The notes under the pieces: generated by a model | Databases searched by the model: none | Told to the model about the DNA's origin: nothing | What the model saw: only the letters and a program-made list of their open reading frames with translations | In this document: positions 57,811-64,000 of the stretch, one piece after another | How the letters are laid out: each line of letters begins with the position of its first letter | Position numbering within the stretch: the stretch's first letter is position 1 | Translations under genes and position numbers: made by a program | DNA from: an uncultured Pseudomonadales bacterium | GTDB lineage: Bacteria; Patescibacteriota; Microgenomatia; UBA1400; UBA1396 | Direction: 5' to 3' | Length of the DNA: 64,000 nt | NCBI GenBank assembly: GCA_964511175.1 | Contig: CAZEEI010000002.1 | Coordinates: 132,382-196,381, forward strand

Positions 57811-59259
57811 ATGCGGGTTCGTCTTCCCTGGGAAGCACTAGCGATTTTACAGAAACTAAACACTGGTGGTTTTAGTGGTTTTGTGGTGGGCGGCGCGGTA
57901 CGGGATATTATTTTAGGTCGTTCGACTTATGATTGGGACTTTACCACCAATGCTACCCCTGAACAGATTTGTTCTTTATTTCCTGAAAATTTTTACACCA
58001 ACACTTTTGGCACCGTAGGAATTGCTCGTTCTCATCTTTGGGAGCAAATTGGGTTGGATAGTACCCAATTAAGCGCTAGTGAAAAAGATCAAGTTTTGGA
58101 AATTACGACTTTTCGCAGTGAGAGCGCTTATTCTGATTTCCGCCGCCCCGATTCGGTGCAATGGGGAAACTCGTTGGACGGAGATTTGCAGCGGCGCGAT
58201 TTTACGATTAATTCTTTGGCTTTGTCAGTATCCGATTCAACTTTGGCAACCTTTCATCCGTCCGCCCAACTATCCCATTTAGAAGTTGATTGCCAACTGC
58301 ACGATCCCTTTAGTGGACAAGCTGATTTGCAAAGACGCGTGCTGCGGACGGTGGGTAATCCGCAACAGCGTTTTCAGGAAGATGCTTTGCGCTTGTTGCG
58401 GGCCGTCCGTTTTGCGGCACAATTAGAAATGCAGATCGAACCGGATACTTTGGTTGCTTTGCAAAGTTGTGCTCCTCTGGTAGAAAAAATATCCTGGGAA
58501 AGAATTCGGGATGAAATGCTCAAAATTATTGTTACCGACCACGTGGAAGACGCTTTGACCCTGATGTATACCGCTGGTATTTTGCAGTACGTTTTGCCTG
58601 AACTAATCACCACCCGCGGCGTTGAGCAGCGCGGTCATCACGAGTTTGACGTTTGGACCCACTCTTTGCGGGCTTGCGCCAGTTGTCCTTCCCGCGATCC
58701 GGTGGTGAGACTAGCTACTCTTTTACACGATATTGCTAAACCCCAAACTCAAACGGAAATACCGGACAGCACTGGTGAATACTCTTTTTATAATCACGAA
58801 GTGATCGGGGCGCGTTTGGCACGCGATGTCGCCCGTCGTTTACGCTTACCTAAAGATGATATTCAGCGCATTTTCTTAATGGTTCGTTGGCATATGTTTT
58901 ATTACCAACCAAATTTGACGGACGCGGCGATTCGCCGCTTTATTCGTCGGGTAGGACCGGAGATGATCGACGACATGATGGCCTTACGCGAAGGTGATCG
59001 CGTTGGCTCAGGCAGCAAACGCACTAGTTGGCGTCTAGAAGAAATGAAGCAACGCATCTATGATCAACTACACCAACCGCTGCGACTGACCGATTTGGTA
59101 ATAAAGGGTGAGGATGTAATGCAGACTTTGCAAATAAAACCGGGTAAAAAAGTAGGCGACATCCTCCAGCAACTTTTTGAAGAAGTTTTGGAAGATCCAA
59201 ATAAAAACAACCGTGAATACTTGCTGGATCGTCTCAATGTTCTGAATACTCAGAGTTAA
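57811..59259 (+). CDS. cca: CCA tRNA nucleotidyltransferase with HD domain
   Basis: VGGAVRD, DWDFTT, EITTFR, RRDFTIN, EDALRLLR, ERIRDE, LLHDIAKP; start re-called to 57811. Confidence 0.9.
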   Translation: MRVRLPWEALAILQKLNTGGFSGFVVGGAVRDIILGRSTYDWDFTTNATPEQICSLFPENFYTNTFGTVGIARSHLWEQIGLDSTQLSASEKDQVLEITTFRSESAYSDFRRPDSVQWGNSLDGDLQRRDFTINSLALSVSDSTLATFHPSAQLSHLEVDCQLHDPFSGQADLQRRVLRTVGNPQQRFQEDALRLLRAVRFAAQLEMQIEPDTLVALQSCAPLVEKISWERIRDEMLKIIVTDHVEDALTLMYTAGILQYVLPELITTRGVEQRGHHEFDVWTHSLRACASCPSRDPVVRLATLLHDIAKPQTQTEIPDSTGEYSFYNHEVIGARLARDVARRLRLPKDDIQRIFLMVRWHMFYYQPNLTDAAIRRFIRRVGPEMIDDMMALREGDRVGSGSKRTSWRLEEMKQRIYDQLHQPLRLTDLVIKGEDVMQTLQIKPGKKVGDILQQLFEEVLEDPNKNNREYLLDRLNVLNTQS

Positions 59260-59288
59260 ACTTAATTTAGAGGTTATAATGACGCGGT

Positions 59289-61997
59289 ATGTCTTGGCTT
59301 AGTATTTTTGACCCCCAACAGCGCACGATCAAGCGTTACCAGCAAGTAGTGACGGTAATTAATGATTGGGAACCTCAGTTAAAGAAACTTACTGATGCTA
59401 AATTGCGGGATAAAACTGTGCAATTCCGTCAACGCTTGGCCAAAGGTGAGAGTTTGGAAAAGATTCTGCCTGAAGCCTATGCGGTTGTGCGGGAAGCGGC
59501 GCGGCGCCAAATAGGCAAACGTCATTATGATGTCCAATTGATTGCGGGTATTGCTTTCCACGAAGGAAAAATTGCCGAGCAGCGCACGGGTGAAGGGAAA
59601 ACACTCTCTGCCACGTTGCCGTTGTACCTCAACGCTTTGGAGGGTAAGGGGGCTCATTTAGTTACGGTCAACGACTATCTTTCGCAAATTGGTGCTGGTT
59701 GGATGGGGCCGATTTATCACGCTCTAGGTTTGAAAGTTGGGGTTATTGTCCATGATGCCTCTTTCCTCTATGATCCCGATTTCACCGGCGAAGAACGGGG
59801 CGATGAACGCCTGGAACATTTTCGGCCAATACCGCGTCGTGAGGCTTACGCGGCCGATATTACGTATGGCACTAACAACGAATTTGGTTTTGATTATTTG
59901 CGCGACAACATGGCTCAGCGCCGCACCGACCAGGTACAGCGACAACATCATTTTGCGATTGTGGACGAGGCTGATTCGATTCTGATTGATGAAGCCCGCA
60001 CACCTCTAATTATTTCTGCCCCAGACGCCGAGCCAACCGAAAAATATCTCCAGTTTGCCAAACTAGTGCGTTTGCTTACTCCGCAAGCTGATTACATTGT
60101 TGATGAAAAAATGCGCACGGCCACCCTTACCGACTTAGGCATTAAACGTTTGGAACGCCAGTTGGGCGTGACTAATCTCTATGAGGAGAGTTTTGACACT
60201 ATTCATCATGCCGAACAAGCCCTAAAAGCCTATGCCGTTTTTGATCGCGATAAAGATTATGTGGTGCGTGAAGGAGAAATAATTATTGTCGACGAGCACA
60301 CCGGGCGACTGATGTTTGGTCGCCGCTATTCGGACGGATTACACCAGGCTATTGAAGCCAAAGAAGAGGTGAAGGTACAGCAAGAGTCACGTACTTTGGC
60401 CACTATTTCTCTGCAAAATTACTTTCGTCTTTACCAAAAACTAGCCGGTATGTCTGGTACAGCGGTAACTGAAGCGGAAGAGTTCCAACAAATTTATCAG
60501 GCTGATGTGGTATCTATTCCCACTAATCAATCCATTTGTCGTAACGACTTTCCAGATGTGATTTATAAAACACTGCGAGCCAAATACACGGCCATTGTGC
60601 AGGAAATTGAATCGGTGCACCAAACCGGTCGTCCTATCTTACTGGGTACCCGTTCCATTGAACAAAACCAAATTATCGCTAAATTTCTCCAGCGCAAAAA
60701 TATTCCTCATCAAGTCTTGAATGCTAAAAATCACGAACGGGAAGCTTTCATTATTGCCGAAGCCGGTAAACCGGGAGCGATTACCGTAGCCACTAATATT
60801 GCCGGTCGGGGTGTGGACATTGTCTTAGGCGGAGCCGAACCGGAAAAACGCGACTACGACAGTAAACAAAAATATGAGCAGGCCCTACGTCATTGGCAAA
60901 AGGCGCATGATGAAGTAGTGGCGGCCGGCGGTTTGCATATTGTGGGCACCGAACGCCATGAAGCACGTCGCATTGATAACCAACTGCGCGGTCGCGCCGG
61001 CCGCCAAGGTGATCCTGGTTCTTCCCGCTTTTTTGTTTCGCTGGAAGATGAAATTATGCGCATCTTCGGCGGTGACCAGATTAGCCGGCTGATGGATGCC
61101 CTGCATTTAGACGAAAATACGCCAATTGAACATCAGTTGATCACTAAAGCCATTACTCAAGCCCAAATTAAAGTAGAGGGATTCTTTTTTGACCAACGTA
61201 AAAATCTAGTCGAGTATGACGATGTAATGAATCGGCAACGGGAAGTAATTTACCAGCGACGCCAGCGTTTGCTCGATTTAATTGCTCAAGAGGAAACACC
61301 TGATCGCCCCGCTGAACTCAAGCAACGGTTGGCAGAAACCTTCACCACTCACTTTCAGAACTTTGTTGATAGTCGTCTTAGCGGTGGTCTAGACGAAACC
61401 GAACAGCAAAATCTCCTGACTGAATTATCCCAAATTATTCCTTTTGACAGCGCTTCTTTGGATGCTTTAAAACAACAATTAGCGCGATTCACTGGTACTG
61501 CAGAAATAGTTACTTTCCTCGAAAAAATCTACGTCGACACCTACCGCTTGCGTGAAGATTCATTGGGTACTACCACTATGCGGGAGATTGAACTGTTTGT
61601 TTTCCTCAGCGCGATTGATGAGCAGTGGATGAATCACCTGGACAACATGACAACCTTGCGCGATAGCATCTGGTTGCGCGGTGGCAAAGAGCAGGCTTTA
61701 GCCGAGTACAAGAAAGAGGCTTTTCAACTTTTTACCGCTATGATTGCGCGCATTGAGACGGAGGCCCTCAAGCGTATCTTCCGCGTCCAGGTGCAGGGTC
61801 CAGTTCAGCCAATTGCGCCAACCAAATTACAAACCTCTGGTCCTAGTGAAAATACGGCCGCTTTAGCCCAGGCTTTGAATTCACTGCAAACAGGTGGCAC
61901 TTCGATTGAATCAACCTCCGCGGAAATAACTTCGGCCACTCAAACCAAACCTTCTCGCCGTAAGAAAAAACAACGTACTAAAGGTTCTTATCTCTAA
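59289..61997 (+). CDS. secA: Preprotein translocase ATPase SecA
   Basis: TGEGKT, VTVNDYL, DEADSILIDEARTPL, ATNIAGRGVDI, RIDNQLRGRAGRQGDPG. Confidence 0.98.
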   Translation: MSWLSIFDPQQRTIKRYQQVVTVINDWEPQLKKLTDAKLRDKTVQFRQRLAKGESLEKILPEAYAVVREAARRQIGKRHYDVQLIAGIAFHEGKIAEQRTGEGKTLSATLPLYLNALEGKGAHLVTVNDYLSQIGAGWMGPIYHALGLKVGVIVHDASFLYDPDFTGEERGDERLEHFRPIPRREAYAADITYGTNNEFGFDYLRDNMAQRRTDQVQRQHHFAIVDEADSILIDEARTPLIISAPDAEPTEKYLQFAKLVRLLTPQADYIVDEKMRTATLTDLGIKRLERQLGVTNLYEESFDTIHHAEQALKAYAVFDRDKDYVVREGEIIIVDEHTGRLMFGRRYSDGLHQAIEAKEEVKVQQESRTLATISLQNYFRLYQKLAGMSGTAVTEAEEFQQIYQADVVSIPTNQSICRNDFPDVIYKTLRAKYTAIVQEIESVHQTGRPILLGTRSIEQNQIIAKFLQRKNIPHQVLNAKNHEREAFIIAEAGKPGAITVATNIAGRGVDIVLGGAEPEKRDYDSKQKYEQALRHWQKAHDEVVAAGGLHIVGTERHEARRIDNQLRGRAGRQGDPGSSRFFVSLEDEIMRIFGGDQISRLMDALHLDENTPIEHQLITKAITQAQIKVEGFFFDQRKNLVEYDDVMNRQREVIYQRRQRLLDLIAQEETPDRPAELKQRLAETFTTHFQNFVDSRLSGGLDETEQQNLLTELSQIIPFDSASLDALKQQLARFTGTAEIVTFLEKIYVDTYRLREDSLGTTTMREIELFVFLSAIDEQWMNHLDNMTTLRDSIWLRGGKEQALAEYKKEAFQLFTAMIARIETEALKRIFRVQVQGPVQPIAPTKLQTSGPSENTAALAQALNSLQTGGTSIESTSAEITSATQTKPSRRKKKQRTKGSYL

Positions 61998-62006
61998 ACT
62001 AGGCAT

Positions 62007-63170
62007 CTAGCTGCCAAAAATATAGAGTTCCTTTTCCGCTCGCGTAACGGCGGTATAAAGCCAGCGCGACCAGTCCTCGTCGCTCATGTGACGATTTCTT
62101 TCTTCGATTAAAACGACTTTGGCAGCCTGCGAACCTTGAGCTTTGTGTACGGTCAAGGCGTAACCGTAGTCAAAAAGGGCAATTTGCGGAGAAAGACGGC
62201 CGGTTGTTCGTTCGGTCTGGTTAAAAGTGGCTAAACTGATTTCGCCGCGGTAAAGTGGCGCACCAGCCAAGTTATTAATCGTGGCGGAAAGAGTTGTTTG
62301 ATCGGCAGTCTTATTCTTTTCCAACCGTGTAATTTGACCCATCAACCCGTTATAGAGGCCCTTCTGCCAATTATTTTTCAAACAAATAACAATGTCGCCC
62401 GGTTCAGGTTGGTCGGATTGACGCCATTGTTGTTGTCTAATTGAGTGATTGATGGCCACCCGCGTGCGGTTGAGACCAGTCAGAAAAAGAGTGTCTGGCT
62501 GGTAAGACTGAAAATAAGAATCGATTTGTTCCTGCGCAGCGTTGTCGGTGGCGGCAAACTTAATAACCCCTGGGCCAAAGTTTTTTACCGGAATATAGCC
62601 GTGCAAACGTGCCAGAGTAGCAACTTGAATGATGGGGCTGTCTGCGGCTTGGCGGTGAATTTTAGTCAACGTCAACTCGGGGGAGGACATTAGATTAAAA
62701 CGACCCTCAACGGGAGGCAATTGACCATGATCACCAACCGCCAGCACTGGAATACCAAAGCTAAGCACGTCACGCCAGATTTCGGCGGTAACCATGGATG
62801 CTTCGTCAATAATAATTAAGTCAAAGTCCAACTGGTCTTTTTTACACCAACCGACTATTTCGGTACCGCTTAAAACTGGAGCGTAGAGTAATGAGTGTAA
62901 GGTGCTCACCGAATCTTTAGCCTGACGTGCTTTAGACTGAGCCAATTTTTCGACCAAAACTTGGGAGGCTTTACCCGTATAGGCGGCAAAAGCCACCCGC
63001 CAGCCTGGTTTTTTGGTTTTTAGAATTAAACGCAGAATAACTAGTAGGGTACTTTTACCTGTACCAGCGTAGCCGCCCAAAGTCAAAAAAGGCTGAGATC
63101 CGGTCGCCAACCAAGATAAAACGGCACGTAAGACCTCCTTCTGATTAGCGGTAACGGTGAAGTCCTTCAT
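62007..63170 (-). CDS. SF1B helicase (RecD/Dda-like)
   Basis: GYAGTGKS, AYTGKA, IDEASMV, GDHGQLPPV, IHRQ, YALTVHKAQGS, LYTAVTRA. Confidence 0.9.
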   Translation of the reverse strand: MKDFTVTANQKEVLRAVLSWLATGSQPFLTLGGYAGTGKSTLLVILRLILKTKKPGWRVAFAAYTGKASQVLVEKLAQSKARQAKDSVSTLHSLLYAPVLSGTEIVGWCKKDQLDFDLIIIDEASMVTAEIWRDVLSFGIPVLAVGDHGQLPPVEGRFNLMSSPELTLTKIHRQAADSPIIQVATLARLHGYIPVKNFGPGVIKFAATDNAAQEQIDSYFQSYQPDTLFLTGLNRTRVAINHSIRQQQWRQSDQPEPGDIVICLKNNWQKGLYNGLMGQITRLEKNKTADQTTLSATINNLAGAPLYRGEISLATFNQTERTTGRLSPQIALFDYGYALTVHKAQGSQAAKVVLIEERNRHMSDEDWSRWLYTAVTRAEKELYIFGS

Positions 63171-63201
63171 ATCTTGCGTTCAAATGATACACTGCTTTTA
63201 T

Positions 63202-63657
63202 ATGAAAGCACCATTTTTGCTGGGTATTATTGCCACGAGTTTATTCGGCTTAGCCGACGCTGGTTTTATTAGTTACGAAAAAATCGCCGGGATTACCCCC
63301 AGTTGTTACCTAACGGGTATTTTTCACTGCAGCCAAGTTTTAAGCAGTCCTTGGGCGTATTTAGGTCCCTGGCCGCTTTCTTTTTATGGAGTTGGTTTTT
63401 ACTTAGCGGTATTAGCCGTCGCTATAGCCTGCTTAGTTTTACCTAAACCGCCAGCTTATTTCACTAAGCTTTTAACAGCCTTGGCCGTTTTTGGGTTTGG
63501 CTTCTCTCTTTATCTTATGGCTATTCAAACTTGGCTAATTCAAGCCTTTTGTTTTTTCTGCGTTTTGTCGGCGCTTAGTGCCAGTTTGATTTTTCTACTA
63601 ACCCTGGGAGGGTGGTATTGGTCAAGGCGGGAGACCAAACATGATCAAACCACTTAG
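63202..63657 (+). CDS. Vitamin K epoxide reductase (VKOR) family protein
   Basis: Loop cysteines C..C..V..S.W, four TMs, CFFC redox motif; start re-called to ATG 63202. Confidence 0.9.
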   Translation: MKAPFLLGIIATSLFGLADAGFISYEKIAGITPSCYLTGIFHCSQVLSSPWAYLGPWPLSFYGVGFYLAVLAVAIACLVLPKPPAYFTKLLTALAVFGFGFSLYLMAIQTWLIQAFCFFCVLSALSASLIFLLTLGGWYWSRRETKHDQTT

Positions 63658-64000
63658 TGATTTAACGGGAGTTGTTTATCGCCAAGTTATGAAACCGGTG
63701 CTGTTCCGGTTGCCGGCGGATCAGGTACATGAATCTTTTCTTAACTTGGGGGAAGTACTGGGCAACACACCGCTGCGATCGATTATGCGCACTGGCTGGG
63801 CTTACCAACACCCGGCGTTGACCCAAAAAATTCAGGGCATCGAATTCTCAACTCCTCTTGGCTTGGCAGCCGGTTTTGATTATAACGCCCAATTAACTAG
63901 TGTTCTGCCAGATTTAGGTTTTGGTTGGCACACCATTGGTAGTATTACCCACGGCAGGTATGGCGGCAACCCAGCACCCATGTTGGGGCGCCTACCCCTC
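63641..64000 (+). CDS. pyrD: Quinone-dependent (class 2) dihydroorotate dehydrogenase, 3'-truncated
   Basis: Not in the ORF track. Translation MIKPLSD..KPVLFRLPADQVHE..FSTPLGLAAGFDYN..LGFG..GSIT..GNPAPMLGRLP. Confidence 0.85.
   Translation, partial: MIKPLSDLTGVVYRQVMKPVLFRLPADQVHESFLNLGEVLGNTPLRSIMRTGWAYQHPALTQKIQGIEFSTPLGLAAGFDYNAQLTSVLPDLGFGWHTIGSITHGRYGGNPAPMLGRLPL

Noticed and set aside
61800-61997. SecA lacks the C-terminal SEC-C zinc motif and ends in a Ser/Thr-rich, basic tail
   Set aside because: Loss of this dispensable domain is common across bacteria.
24-62693. Many 60-115-aa ORFs nested in or antisense to confident genes (e.g. 544..741, 12001..12276, 22215..22559, 50457..50777, 59379..59657)
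   Set aside because: Shadow ORFs with no motifs or start signals.
62007-63170. Helicase as a phage or defence marker
   Set aside because: Stand-alone among housekeeping genes with no phage or defence partners nearby.
1-64000. CRISPR array, cas, transposase or integrase genes
   Set aside because: No spaced direct repeats or matching protein motifs seen by eye.
1-64000. Alternative genetic code (TGA read as Gly, code 25)
   Set aside because: Conserved genes are intact under code 11 and several end at TGA, often in ATGA overlaps (e.g. gltX, rarA).

Overview
A gene-dense, code-11 bacterial chromosome segment. Gene content, tiny intergenic gaps, abundant orphan ORFs and scarce Shine-Dalgarno sites suggest a Patescibacteria/CPR (Microgenomates-like) genome; this is inference. 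Housekeeping genes are hisS (5'-partial), a purine PRTase, lepB, tyrS, dus, rarA, FKBP, eno, gpmA, gltX, a dacA-like peptidase, recJ, a CCA-adding enzyme, secA, a RecD/Dda-like helicase, VKOR and pyrD (3'-partial), with tRNA-Pro(TGG), tRNA-Val(CAC) and tRNA-Lys(TTT). They surround a large, fragmented surface-glycan region (~4.3-46 kb) with many GT2/GT4 enzymes, two Wzx flippases, Wzm/Wzt, a WaaL-like ligase, fcl, an RmlD-like enzyme and a sugar C-methyltransferase, with a visibly AT-rich core at ~15.3-32.4 kb. I found no CRISPR array, integrase or transposase. Top candidate novel system: an unannotated ~90-nt structured RNA (38662-38750) with a consensus TTGACA-N18-TATAAT promoter and its own terminator, lying tail-to-tail with an orphan BECR/RelE-like nuclease gene that has no protein antitoxin. 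Also notable: a leader-peptide attenuator with mutually exclusive terminator/antiterminator stems (55449-55592), pervasive leaderless promoter architecture, a tRNA-Lys CCA end 2 nt from an ATG, a frameshift-split HIT-like gene, and a putative lipid-linked sugar modification module.
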